A stretch of DNA of 64,000 nucleotides from an uncultured Bacillales bacterium (GCA_946536225.1 CAMNEE010000003.1:25533-89532); one strand, 5' to 3'. Positions 53,209 through 63,912 are shown, numbered from the stretch's first letter. The notes: generated by a model from the letters alone, not told the origin. Translations and numbers: made by a program.

Positions 53209-55569
53209 TTAAATTAGTTCTTCTAATTGCAATTGAATTCTCGATACATTCTCAATTATAGCGTCATCTTGAGTTTGAATAATAACATTATTATCAAATA
53301 CTCCAGTTTTAAATATTTCCCTTAAAACTGCCAACATAACATCAACAACTATACTATTACCAGCTTGTTTATACATTTGTGCACGTGATACAACAATTTT
53401 AAAATCGTCAGAATATCCCATAAGTCGTAAAGCTTCTCTTTCAGTAAGCATTCTTAACTTATCAACTCCACCTTTATCTGTCATGTAATTATCTACGCCT
53501 GCTCTATGTCTATTACCCATAGTTGATAAAACAGTTCTAGCAATATCCAAATCATATTTAATTTGTGTCTTAAAAGTTTTAGTTCCAGGAGTCAATACAT
53601 ATTTTCTAACTAAATCAGATAAAACATATTTATCATCAATTCTTGATGGATCAAAGTCGGATTGAATAATTTCTAAATCACCATTTTCATTATATTTAAA
53701 ATTTCCACATTCACAATTTGTTTCAAGAAATTGTTTCATACTATATTTTAATTCAACAGGTTCAGGATATTGAAACTCTTTATCTATATTTAAATCATTT
53801 CTAATTCCAACAACAAATACACGTCTTCTATTTTGTGGGATACCATAATCTGCAGCATTTAATATTTGAGGCTCAGTAATATTATAATTTAATGATTTAA
53901 AAATTCCTTTAATAATCTCCCAAGTATTACCATGATCATGAGTAGTTAATCCTCTAACATTTTCATATATAAATACTTTAGGATTTACTTCTTTTACAAT
54001 TCTTGCATATTCATAAAACAAAGTACCTCTTGCGTCTTCTAAACCACGTTTAAAACCAACAGCTGAGAATGATTGACATGGACTACCACCTACTAATAAA
54101 TCAACTTGATCTCTATAATCAGTTCCATCAAGAAGGTTAATATCTAAATGAAAATCATCCTCAGATATTTTGTCTCCATAATTTGCAAGATAACTTTGCT
54201 TAACATAGTTTTTCTTCTTGCTTTTAGACAAGTATAAATCATCAACATATTTCTTTTTATCAATTTTAGAAGACATAGATTGAATTTTTTTAAACTCCTC
54301 TTCATGATCATATTCAATATCTACATCACCATTATCACAAGCAAAAACAATTTCATATGGTGTTTTATTTCTAATTAGTGCTTGTTCTATTGATCCTATT
54401 CCACTAAATAATGTAGCAAGCTTTAATTTTGGCTTTACTAAATTTTCAAGTTGAGCATGTTCTAAAAACACTCCTGTATCTATTAAATTAGGTATTATTT
54501 GTTCAAAAATATTAACAACAATACTATTGCCAGCTTGTCTATATTTATCTTTATCATTCATTTCTTTCGGAAATACAAATTTATCAGAGAATCCCATTAA
54601 TCTTGTACATTCTATAGGTGTAAGTTTTCTACATGCTCCTTTAACTCCATTATATGTAGAAACATATGCATGTTCCATAATCTTTTTATTATCTTTTATC
54701 TTATCATACGGAACAAATACGAATTCACCATTCCAGTTAAATTGTTGGTTAGCTTTTTGACATTGCATAATATTAGAATTTATTTGAGCACGATTTTTAT
54801 ATTTAGGATTTGTAACAAATTCAAATCCTTTTTTACCTAAATAATATATAGGATCAACTTCTAAATCATCAAATAAATAATCTTTAACACATGTAGTAAG
54901 TTCCACTTCTTCAGGAAACTTGAAAGGAAGCGTATTTAAATCTTTTCTTATACCTATTACAAATAATCTTGGTCTATTTTGTGGAATTCCAAAATTTTTA
55001 GCGTTTAAAATAGGATTACTTCTTATATATATTTTATAATTTAGTTCTTTAAATGTATTTTGTACTGTTTCCCATGTTCTTCCGCCATCATGATTTAACA
55101 TTCCTCTTACATTTTCAAATATAAACGCTTTAGGTTGAGATTCTTTTATTATTCTTGCATATTCATAGAATAATGTACCTCTTGTATCTTTAAAGCCACC
55201 TCTTTTGCCTATAATAGAAAATGATTGGCATGGACTTCCACCTACTAGTAAATCTACTTCTCCTTTGTAGGAAGTTCCATCTAAAAATCTTATATCTTGG
55301 TAAAAATCATTATCATCAATAGTATAATTTTCTTTATAAGTTTGATACATACAATTTGGTTTCTTTAAAGAACTATATAGTTTATTAATATAATCATTTT
55401 TTTCTTCCAAAGACATGTTTTCAGTATTTTTAATTATTTCCTCTTTTGTATATGGTAATTCTCTTTCTCCATTATCACACGCAAAAACTATCTTATAATC
55501 TATGTTTTGTTTTAAGAGCGCTTGTTCTATAGCTCCGATCCCACTAAATAATGTTGCAAGTTTAATCAT
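53209..55569 (-). CDS. Fused tandem DNA (cytosine-5)-methyltransferase (two complete Dcm-type domains)
   Basis: Motif I 'LATLFSGIG', motif IV 'GGSPCQSFS' and 'ENV' each occur twice. Confidence 0.8.
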   Translation of the reverse strand: MIKLATLFSGIGAIEQALLKQNIDYKIVFACDNGERELPYTKEEIIKNTENMSLEEKNDYINKLYSSLKKPNCMYQTYKENYTIDDNDFYQDIRFLDGTSYKGEVDLLVGGSPCQSFSIIGKRGGFKDTRGTLFYEYARIIKESQPKAFIFENVRGMLNHDGGRTWETVQNTFKELNYKIYIRSNPILNAKNFGIPQNRPRLFVIGIRKDLNTLPFKFPEEVELTTCVKDYLFDDLEVDPIYYLGKKGFEFVTNPKYKNRAQINSNIMQCQKANQQFNWNGEFVFVPYDKIKDNKKIMEHAYVSTYNGVKGACRKLTPIECTRLMGFSDKFVFPKEMNDKDKYRQAGNSIVVNIFEQIIPNLIDTGVFLEHAQLENLVKPKLKLATLFSGIGSIEQALIRNKTPYEIVFACDNGDVDIEYDHEEEFKKIQSMSSKIDKKKYVDDLYLSKSKKKNYVKQSYLANYGDKISEDDFHLDINLLDGTDYRDQVDLLVGGSPCQSFSAVGFKRGLEDARGTLFYEYARIVKEVNPKVFIYENVRGLTTHDHGNTWEIIKGIFKSLNYNITEPQILNAADYGIPQNRRRVFVVGIRNDLNIDKEFQYPEPVELKYSMKQFLETNCECGNFKYNENGDLEIIQSDFDPSRIDDKYVLSDLVRKYVLTPGTKTFKTQIKYDLDIARTVLSTMGNRHRAGVDNYMTDKGGVDKLRMLTEREALRLMGYSDDFKIVVSRAQMYKQAGNSIVVDVMLAVLREIFKTGVFDNNVIIQTQDDAIIENVSRIQLQLEELI

Positions 55570-55694
55570 AATATTTGTCTCTCCCTATCTTATTGGTATT
55601 CTTATATCTTTTAAGTTTATATATACATTATATCAGAAAAAATCTACATTTTGTTTATTTTTGTTCTGTTTTTGTCAATAAAATATCAGAAACT

Positions 55695-55722
55695 AAAAAA
55701 AGAGATTATTTAATCTCTTTTT
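55695..55722. terminator. Bidirectional rho-independent terminator separating the Z1/GHKL operon from the MTase gene
   Basis: Hairpin aagagatta-ttt-aatctctt with A6 and T5 flanks. Confidence 0.5.
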
Positions 55723-56641
55723 ATAAATCATTTAATTCAACATTTTCAAATGCTAAGTTAGATAAATCAATAGTATATTTTAATGAATAAATTCCTTTAG
55801 GCAATTGTCCATCTACAAACGAAGAATCAACTATTTTTGGGAATTCATTATCTATTTTATATATTCTCACTTCATCAATTTTAAAACATTTATTTAAAGT
55901 TTGAGAATTGTAATAAGATGTCTTTTCTCTTAATTCATCAATGTTATAACCTAGATCATTTAGATCTTTTATAATCGACATTAATGATACTCCAGCAACT
56001 GATTCTTCAAGTCTAACGAAATACAAAAACAATGGATTTCCATTTAAACTAGCTAATTGATTCTTGCTATGAATTTCAACTAAACTTTCATATCTCATTG
56101 TAGTAGTTTTTACTTCATAATTACAATCATTCGTTTCTATATCATGGCTTCCTTGTGAAGTTAAAGAAGCATTTTTTCCACTTTTTAATAAGTGTTTTAA
56201 TGATATTAATTCACCAAGTAAAGGATATACTCTATCTTCACTTGATTTATTTCCAAATATATTTTTCCACTTATCTACCCAATCCTGAGGATTGTTTAAT
56301 ATTTGTTTTCTATTATAGCCATTATTACCAGCTTCAATAAATTTAGTACATATAAATATGAATTCATCTGTATCATTTATCTTATCGCTTAATAATTCGA
56401 TTAGATATTTTTTATTGTTTCCTTCAATGGTTCTCTCTTCAACTTTAATAACTATATTTTCAAAATAATAAACAAAATTTTTAAATTTTTCATCAATAAC
56501 AATTCCAACGCCCTTATATGAATCATTTTGCACATAATATGCATCATAGTTTTCTTCAGTAAGAAGTAATTTATACGAAATATTTTTTTCTTTATTAATT
56601 GTCATTATATTTCTTAATTCATCGTTTAAATCTAATTTCAT
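55721..56641 (-). CDS. Hypothetical protein, candidate PD-(D/E)XK nuclease
   Basis: 'SHDIETNDCNYEVKTT' D...E-x-K-like pattern; last gene of the Z1/GHKL operon. Confidence 0.3.
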   Translation of the reverse strand: MKLDLNDELRNIMTINKEKNISYKLLLTEENYDAYYVQNDSYKGVGIVIDEKFKNFVYYFENIVIKVEERTIEGNNKKYLIELLSDKINDTDEFIFICTKFIEAGNNGYNRKQILNNPQDWVDKWKNIFGNKSSEDRVYPLLGELISLKHLLKSGKNASLTSQGSHDIETNDCNYEVKTTTMRYESLVEIHSKNQLASLNGNPLFLYFVRLEESVAGVSLMSIIKDLNDLGYNIDELREKTSYYNSQTLNKCFKIDEVRIYKIDNEFPKIVDSSFVDGQLPKGIYSLKYTIDLSNLAFENVELNDL

Positions 56642-56646
56642 AATTC

Positions 56647-57360
56647 TTAAAAACCTCCTTTTACCGAATTAACTAAGCCTTCAACATATTTACTTATTCC
56701 TCCATCAAGTAAGTATGGATTAACAACATTTATTTTTGCACTATTTATAACCATCATTTTTCTAAATTCGTCAGTACTAAATGAATTAGATGTCTTTTGT
56801 TTCATAATTTCTCTATAAACATCTAATCTATATCCATTTCTACCACAACGTTCAACAAGAGCAACAATTGTATCTGTAGAATTACATGGGTTCAATAGCA
56901 TTTCACATGTATAATCTAAATCAAAATTAAAAGATAAATAATAATACCACCATAATGTTTTTATATATAATCTATTTGATTGAGCATATAATCTTGGTGT
57001 AACATTATCCTTCCATCTATAATAAATTAATTCAGGTATTATCTTTACTTGAATGTATCTCCACATATCATCATTTGATGCTTCTCTATCTCCTATAAAA
57101 TATTTTCCGTTTGTAAATATTTTATATATTTCCTTGCCAAAGTAGCAATCAAATTTATATTTAACATTACTATTAAATAGCTCTTCATTTGTAATATTTA
57201 GTATATTCAAAGCCTTATTGAATGCTTGTGAAATCAACAATTTTAATTCTAGATATTCAGTATCATTAATAGGTGATGGCATACCACCCTCACTAATTAA
57301 TGGCTCACATATAGATTGAGCTTCATTTTTTGATAATTCTTTCCAATTCATAAAAATCAC
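56647..57360 (-). CDS. Hypothetical protein (RM-like module)
   Basis: ORF only. Confidence 0.3.
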   Translation of the reverse strand: MIFMNWKELSKNEAQSICEPLISEGGMPSPINDTEYLELKLLISQAFNKALNILNITNEELFNSNVKYKFDCYFGKEIYKIFTNGKYFIGDREASNDDMWRYIQVKIIPELIYYRWKDNVTPRLYAQSNRLYIKTLWWYYYLSFNFDLDYTCEMLLNPCNSTDTIVALVERCGRNGYRLDVYREIMKQKTSNSFSTDEFRKMMVINSAKINVVNPYLLDGGISKYVEGLVNSVKGGF

Positions 57361-58287
57361 CTACTTTATAATTTTATCCAAAACTAAACTTATTTTTTCA
57401 AATAACATTATTGGATTATCTATAATATACTTATCTATTCCAAAAGAAAGAATAATATAAGAAATAAAACAACCTACAGTACCATCTTGATATAAATTAT
57501 CAGCAAGCGTATCATAATCGGATGATGAATTAAGTAATATATTTACAAAAAAATTAGCTAAAATTTCTTTCCACAAATAATAATTTGAACTATCAATATC
57601 CTCGCTGCCTAAAAATTTATAATCTTTATGCGATCTATTAATCTTAATACAAACTGTTTGCATTGAAAAAATATCATCTAAAGTGTCATAATTCAAACTC
57701 ATAGTCCATAAAGGTTTACTAGGGTCATCAATAATTTTGATTGGAAAAATGGATCCACTACCTTCAACATCAATAGTAATACTGTGAATAACTCCTAAAT
57801 TAGAGCCCTCTATAGAACAAAATAAAGAATTTGTATTTTCAACTTGCTTAACATAAACAAAAAATTCAATCTCAATGTTTTGTCCTAACCTATTCTTTTC
57901 AATATTAAATCCAAAAGGTATATTTAAATAATCATCACCTAAATTAAATTCACACAATGATTTGGAAAAGTTAAACTTTGATGTCTTTGAAACAAAAGTC
58001 ATTCCTATACCTAAAGTAGTTGTGTCTTCAGCAACTTTGTAAGTATCATATAATATATTTAAATTACTAATTGAGATTTTTCCGTCAAAATACATATTGT
58101 TATTTGATGGATTCCACTCGCCATTATCATCAATATAATATCCACACTCTGTATCAGGTACTTTTGTAATAGGTATTTCTTTTTCAACACCATTATTAGA
58201 ATAATAAATTTTAAAATCCGAAGTACAATTTAATTCTTGTACAGCAGCATCAGTAATTAAAGGATATAACTCTAAGACTTTTGCCAT
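57361..58287 (-). CDS. Hypothetical protein (RM-like module)
   Basis: Stop/start abutting neighbours. Confidence 0.3.
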   Translation of the reverse strand: MAKVLELYPLITDAAVQELNCTSDFKIYYSNNGVEKEIPITKVPDTECGYYIDDNGEWNPSNNNMYFDGKISISNLNILYDTYKVAEDTTTLGIGMTFVSKTSKFNFSKSLCEFNLGDDYLNIPFGFNIEKNRLGQNIEIEFFVYVKQVENTNSLFCSIEGSNLGVIHSITIDVEGSGSIFPIKIIDDPSKPLWTMSLNYDTLDDIFSMQTVCIKINRSHKDYKFLGSEDIDSSNYYLWKEILANFFVNILLNSSSDYDTLADNLYQDGTVGCFISYIILSFGIDKYIIDNPIMLFEKISLVLDKIIK

Positions 58288-58289
58288 TA

Positions 58290-60356
58290 TTATTCACCCT
58301 TTCCTTCATTTATACTAATTGGAATAGTAGAATCCAAAACACTATAAATTACTTTTCCATGAATTAATAATAACTTATCATCATTTAATGATATTTTATA
58401 ACCATATGTATGGCCTAGATTAGATTTTAAAAATTCAAAGTTAATATATTTATCCATATCATTACTACTATATTCCTTATTTAGTTGAAAAACATTTTCA
58501 TCAGTTGTCATAACATTGTCTATTACAATTTTCTTTATTTCAAAAGGCACTTTACCAACTTTTTCCCATTCATTTATACTAAGATCTTTTGATTCAGTTC
58601 TAACCTTAAATTCTATCTCTATATTTTTTATATTCTTATTAAATGTAATTGTAAAATTTTTAGATATACAACCATTTTCAATTCTAACAGGAGCAAACTC
58701 AATTTTTGCTTTTTTAGTTTTGCCCTTTTTAGGTTCTTGTTGTTTATTTGGAAGAATTTCTTTTTTAGGTTTATGACCAAATCCAGTTTTTGGTAAAAAT
58801 AAATCAGCTAATTTTCTATTTAAAGAAGAACCAACAAATTCAGTTACATCAGACTCAACAGGACTCGACATTGAATCAAAAACATTCTTTATTCTTCTAT
58901 GAATCAAATTAACAAGTTTTACTTTAGAACAATCAACTTTCTTACCTGTATTATAATCAGTATATTCAGTTATATCTTTCCAATTATTATGCTCAGCACT
59001 TTCAGAAGCTCTCAAATAATCATCTATTGTATAATTAATACCATTTTCAACATATGCTATCTCATTTAATGAATTAGGAATAAATAAACATATCAAATAT
59101 TTATTTGGATCTGGTGAACTAATAGGTCCAGCCCAATCACCATCGATATCATATTTTAAGATCATACCTGGTTTTCTACAAAAACAAACAATTACTCTTT
59201 TATTAGAACCATCGTCTTCTTCATTAGTAGCACATTCATATGGAGAAGGTTCATTATTTGGAACAGTCATTAATAATTGTTCTTCATCTAATAATGTATA
59301 ATATAAAGTTCCAGCCACTTGAGATTTAAAAGGAGGATTTTGTTTATATCTAATTATTTCTTCCTTAATATCATACTTAGAATCAAATGATGAACTTTGT
59401 GATTTATTATACATGTCTTGAACAACTTTAAATAAAGGTCTAATATTTTGTTTTTCTATTTTTACACCATTAATATAAGCGTCGATTCCTTTATTTTTTG
59501 GAGTAGTATTATTACATTTAGTTGGATACCACTTTTGAAATGCCATTTTAATATAATCTTCTAAAGAATATGCCCAACTTCTCAATGTATTAGCATTATA
59601 ATCACCCGATGATGTTTGATTTAATAATTTAATATCATCTATAAAAGGAATAATAACTGCAGTACCTGTTTCATCATTTTCATATGGTTTTAAATTAAAG
59701 CAATTTAACACTTCCATGATTTCTTCATGATTAGAAATTGGAATAATATCATTATTACTGCGAACTCCCCACCATGCTATACCAGTATTTTTTCCTTCTT
59801 GAACTCTATAAAGAAGTCCATCTGTATTATTTTCGTTTTCGACTAAACATGCCATTAATCTTTCTTCATATGCTGATTGATTCTTTATTCTAGAATAGTA
59901 AATAACAATACCTAGTCCCATTTTATAAAATGTTGTCTTACCATAGCCCCACGAGCCACCTGATCCAGCTTCTTTTTGGGATTTTCCAAAATTTCTAACT
60001 AAATTTAAAAATTTTCCCCAATTTTGATTCAATATATCTTCTACATTTAACGGACCGGTTAATCCCGTAGCATTATAGTCTCTTACAGATATAAATTTTT
60101 TTTGATTAAAAAAAGTACTTTTAATCTTTAATTCATTACTAATACCCTCAAATAAATTAGATAATTTATCAGAGTCAAAAGTTCCAGTATTAAATTCTTC
60201 TCTTAATGTATTTTTTTCAGGTAATAAAGCATCATATGAATTTTGAATAGATTCTCTAACAAATAAGTCTAACATTGGTTCTATAGGAGACATTCCTTTT
60301 AATATACTATTACCACTATTAGACATTACCCTCATTTCAAGATCTAATCTTTCCAT
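58290..60356 (-). CDS. GHKL (histidine-kinase/MORC/MutL-like) ATPase
   Basis: N-box 'ESIQNSYDA' near the N-terminus and a Gly-rich ATP lid 'GSGGSWGYG'. Confidence 0.55.
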   Translation of the reverse strand: MERLDLEMRVMSNSGNSILKGMSPIEPMLDLFVRESIQNSYDALLPEKNTLREEFNTGTFDSDKLSNLFEGISNELKIKSTFFNQKKFISVRDYNATGLTGPLNVEDILNQNWGKFLNLVRNFGKSQKEAGSGGSWGYGKTTFYKMGLGIVIYYSRIKNQSAYEERLMACLVENENNTDGLLYRVQEGKNTGIAWWGVRSNNDIIPISNHEEIMEVLNCFNLKPYENDETGTAVIIPFIDDIKLLNQTSSGDYNANTLRSWAYSLEDYIKMAFQKWYPTKCNNTTPKNKGIDAYINGVKIEKQNIRPLFKVVQDMYNKSQSSSFDSKYDIKEEIIRYKQNPPFKSQVAGTLYYTLLDEEQLLMTVPNNEPSPYECATNEEDDGSNKRVIVCFCRKPGMILKYDIDGDWAGPISSPDPNKYLICLFIPNSLNEIAYVENGINYTIDDYLRASESAEHNNWKDITEYTDYNTGKKVDCSKVKLVNLIHRRIKNVFDSMSSPVESDVTEFVGSSLNRKLADLFLPKTGFGHKPKKEILPNKQQEPKKGKTKKAKIEFAPVRIENGCISKNFTITFNKNIKNIEIEFKVRTESKDLSINEWEKVGKVPFEIKKIVIDNVMTTDENVFQLNKEYSSNDMDKYINFEFLKSNLGHTYGYKISLNDDKLLLIHGKVIYSVLDSTIPISINEGKGE

Positions 60357-62995
60357 TATTCTGCCTCCTTTTTACTAAGATCCATATGAATGCTATAAGT
60401 ATAATCTTTTTTCATTACACCAGGAATATACAAATATAATCCAATAATATCAACATTCATATTAATTGGTTCACGATATTTTGATAAAGGTTTTGGAACA
60501 CCTTTTCCATCTATTTTGTAAATAATTAATTGTGGCACATTATATTTATCTCTAGATGCGATAATGTTTGTTTCATCACTATAATTAATATTATATTTTG
60601 ATGGATCCATATCACCAACTATATCTCTAGTATTTCTAAGTATTTTAATATTAAAGTATTCTTTATCATCATAGTTTCTTAATTTTGAACGAACAACTTT
60701 ACCAACATTGCCATTAGAATCAACTTCACCAGTTCCTGCTAATATAATATTCCATTTTTTTAATATATCTATATTACTATTTGAAATCCAATCACAAAAA
60801 CTCTCAATATTATTAAAGAATGTGGATTGAGCACAAAATTTGAAAGTACGAAGATACTCATCAATCTTATCAAAATCAACATTTTCTACTAGCAAATTAC
60901 TATTAGAATTATAAGCACTTTTAAATCTAAAATTTTCAATAAATTTTTGAGTTAAATCAATATTATATTTTTGAATATTCTCATCTTTATCAAATAATAT
61001 TGTTTGTGGAGATGCGCCACTATAGTCCCAATCACATGCAACAGCTGATTGCATTTTACTTTTTGATGTTACTCTAGTTAAATATGTATTAAGAATTGCT
61101 GGTCCACATTCAGATGGAGAAATACCTATTTCATACTTACTTAAATCATTTCTTAATTCAATTTCTACTTGAGTTAATTCATCATATTTTTCTTTTGTCT
61201 CAGTATCCATCCATACTCTCTCTAATAACTCATAGCCGATTCTATAACCAAACCATCTTCCCATTTGCATCAAAGTATCTACTGTATCAGATTTTCTAGC
61301 AAAGTATGTTGTAGTTAAACCTTCTAATGTTAATCCTCTTGAAAGAGTATCTCCACCAGTTACAATAAAACCTAGTGAATAATCTATTCCGCTGTTCTTT
61401 TCTGGATATATTAGTCTTGGTTGATCTTCTTCATCTAAAAGTTTTGAAATAATTGAATTATCAATTACTTGATTAATTCCTTTTGAATATTCAATATTAT
61501 CGTTAAATGTTTTTGCGAATCTAAATTTATATGACATTATCTCATTTATATAAGGAACTAACAAATCAAAAGAAACATATGGTTCAACATCTCTACCATA
61601 GTTTGACATGACATCATAAAAATCTTGTTTTTCAAATCTACGAGTTTCATACTCATAAACTGATCTACATTTTTCAACAAATATTTTTCTATCAATGTTA
61701 TTTAAGAAATTGCTTATACTATTAGATAGATTAAAATGATTATATGTCTTTCTATTATCATGAACTAACATAGTAACAGGTTTGTTGCTTTTTTTGTATC
61801 TAAAAGTTGCTAAAGTGCAAACAAACCAACATAATGCATCCTCTAAACTTTTTGGAATTCTAGTTGTATCCTCATTTTCAATCATAGTTAATAAATCTAA
61901 ATCATCATCAGAAATGCTTCTTACAATATCCAACCCATCCGCCTTTTTACCACTCATATTAGAGGCGCCAAATATTTCTTGAGCTCCAATATATTTTGGC
62001 GATTTTGGTAACATATATATAAAGTCTTTTGGATAAATCGATTCAGCTTCATTTAGGAAATTTCCATAAGGAGTTGCAGTATATCCAATATAATTCATAC
62101 CTCCAACTCTATCGGTATAATCATCAATTAATTCAGTTATTAGCTTATTAATTTTTGATCTTTCAACATTAGTAACATCTTTTGTGTTTAATCCAGCTTG
62201 ATCCGCTTCATCATCAATCACTAAAACTTTAGCATTTTTTAAACTAGCATCTCCAGAATTAAACAACCAATTTATTATATTTTGAAGTCTTTTTGAGTTT
62301 TTTAGACTTACAATAACTACTTTCTTATTCGAATTAATTAGATTATAAGCTTTAGGAGTAGTTTTAGTTACTTGATCAATAAATTCCCAATGAATATTAC
62401 TATTTTTTGCGTATTCTATATCTTCCCTAAATCTATTTAAATTTTGTTTTCTTAAGTTTTCAATAATACCAGAAAGGACAATAAAAACATTAAAACCATA
62501 ATCAGCTGCCATTGTCATTATTGATTCTATACTATTAGTTTTACCAGATTGAACATATCCCATAACTAGACCTTTAATTGTTCCAGTTTCACTTGTATCA
62601 GGAGAAATAGTATTAATTATTTTATTTGCAGATTTTTCTAAACCTTCAATTTCTTCAAAAGTATAAATTTTTTTATTAATTAAATGTTCTTTAAAAATTT
62701 GCCATGCAGAATTAATATTTTCTGGAACAGGACATTTCATTTTTAAATTTTTAGTTATAATATTTCCATCATTAGTAATAGAACCGTCTTTAATTAATTT
62801 TACGTAATCAACAAAGCTAGTCCAAATTTTTTCATATTTTGAATCAAAATCATAATCTTCTTGCATCCTACTAAAGCTATATAATTTTTCTTCTTTTATA
62901 TTAGTAGAAAGTAAATGATACAATTGTAATTTCATATCATCATATTCAATTTTATTAAACTCTTTATATAAATCTAAATCATACATAAAAAACAC
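60356..62995 (-). CDS. Z1-domain protein (SF2-like P-loop NTPase found in RM-like defence operons)
   Basis: Diagnostic 'GLVMGYVQSGKTNS' P-loop, DExx-like 'VIDDEAD'. Confidence 0.55.
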   Translation of the reverse strand: MFFMYDLDLYKEFNKIEYDDMKLQLYHLLSTNIKEEKLYSFSRMQEDYDFDSKYEKIWTSFVDYVKLIKDGSITNDGNIITKNLKMKCPVPENINSAWQIFKEHLINKKIYTFEEIEGLEKSANKIINTISPDTSETGTIKGLVMGYVQSGKTNSIESIMTMAADYGFNVFIVLSGIIENLRKQNLNRFREDIEYAKNSNIHWEFIDQVTKTTPKAYNLINSNKKVVIVSLKNSKRLQNIINWLFNSGDASLKNAKVLVIDDEADQAGLNTKDVTNVERSKINKLITELIDDYTDRVGGMNYIGYTATPYGNFLNEAESIYPKDFIYMLPKSPKYIGAQEIFGASNMSGKKADGLDIVRSISDDDLDLLTMIENEDTTRIPKSLEDALCWFVCTLATFRYKKSNKPVTMLVHDNRKTYNHFNLSNSISNFLNNIDRKIFVEKCRSVYEYETRRFEKQDFYDVMSNYGRDVEPYVSFDLLVPYINEIMSYKFRFAKTFNDNIEYSKGINQVIDNSIISKLLDEEDQPRLIYPEKNSGIDYSLGFIVTGGDTLSRGLTLEGLTTTYFARKSDTVDTLMQMGRWFGYRIGYELLERVWMDTETKEKYDELTQVEIELRNDLSKYEIGISPSECGPAILNTYLTRVTSKSKMQSAVACDWDYSGASPQTILFDKDENIQKYNIDLTQKFIENFRFKSAYNSNSNLLVENVDFDKIDEYLRTFKFCAQSTFFNNIESFCDWISNSNIDILKKWNIILAGTGEVDSNGNVGKVVRSKLRNYDDKEYFNIKILRNTRDIVGDMDPSKYNINYSDETNIIASRDKYNVPQLIIYKIDGKGVPKPLSKYREPINMNVDIIGLYLYIPGVMKKDYTYSIHMDLSKKEAE

Positions 62996-63004
62996 TCCTA
63001 AATA

Positions 63005-63523
63005 TTAATATCCAATAATTAATAATCCTTTAAAAGGAATTGTAATATTACTACATGTATAAAATGAATCAAACCATTTTTTTACCGTTTTAAAATCGTC
63101 CGAATTTCTATAATTATTTCTAACAGCAATAATTAAATATTGTGCTTCATCAATCATACACGCTTCAAAGAAATCTTTGATAACTTGATTATTACAAACA
63201 GCTCTTCCTGCTTCTACTTCAATGATTATTCCCTCATTTGATTCATATGCATCTACATCAAACCATTTTTCAGGTTTTCCATTTTCTCCATATAAAACAG
63301 GAATTGGAATTTTATGTTTTTTATCAATTTCTACCTCATAACCAATTTCACTTAAGTCAGCACTAAGTATTTTTAAAACGTCATTGCTTTCAAGTCCTTT
63401 ATCTCTATCAATTTGTGAGGTAATTAATTCTTCATTTTTCTCAAAAATATTAATTGTTTCTAACAATTTATTATTAACCGTTTTGTTATTAGGATAATAC
63501 ACCCATCTTATATTACTCACCAA
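63005..63523 (-). CDS. Hypothetical protein, possible small PD-(D/E)XK-like nuclease
   Basis: 'FDVDAY...GIIIEVEAGR' D...E-x-E pattern; first gene of the operon. Confidence 0.3.
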   Translation of the reverse strand: MVSNIRWVYYPNNKTVNNKLLETINIFEKNEELITSQIDRDKGLESNDVLKILSADLSEIGYEVEIDKKHKIPIPVLYGENGKPEKWFDVDAYESNEGIIIEVEAGRAVCNNQVIKDFFEACMIDEAQYLIIAVRNNYRNSDDFKTVKKWFDSFYTCSNITIPFKGLLIIGY

Positions 63524-63641
63524 GAATCACTTCCTTTAACAATTATATCATATAATTAATCAACAATTGTATATTAGAGCAAGTATAATTAATATAAATA
63601 GCATAACCTAAAGTTATAATAAAATAAGATTATTATAAATT

Positions 63642-63685
63642 AAAAGGTACGGAAAAAGTACGCAAAAAGTACGCAAAAAGTACGG
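63642..63685. repeat. Four tandem 11-bp repeats AAAAAGTACG(G/C)
   Basis: Read directly from the sequence. Confidence 0.8.
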
Positions 63686-63825
63686 AAAAGGACAATTGAA
63701 AGGACACCCACCATCGTGTTAAAATGGTATCATATGAAATTAAACTAAAAAGTTTCATAAAATACATAAAACGACAGTTTTCGACAAAAAAGTACAAAGT
63801 CCGATAAAATAAGGCTTTAAGTGAC

Positions 63826-63912
63826 AAAAAAGAACGAAAAAAACACAAAAAAAGAAGAAAAAAAACACAAAAAAAACACGAAAAAAGCAGGAAAAATACC
63901 AGAAAAAATAAC
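63826..63912. repeat. A-tract-rich degenerate repeats (AAAAAACAC/AAAAAAGA units)
   Basis: Read directly from the sequence. Confidence 0.6.

Noticed and set aside
55575-55790. 71-aa plus-strand ORF in the MTase / 306-aa gene intergenic region
   Set aside because: It spans a promoter/terminator region (bidirectional hairpin at 55695..55722) and overlaps the 3' end of the 306-aa gene. Hydrophobic low-complexity translation.
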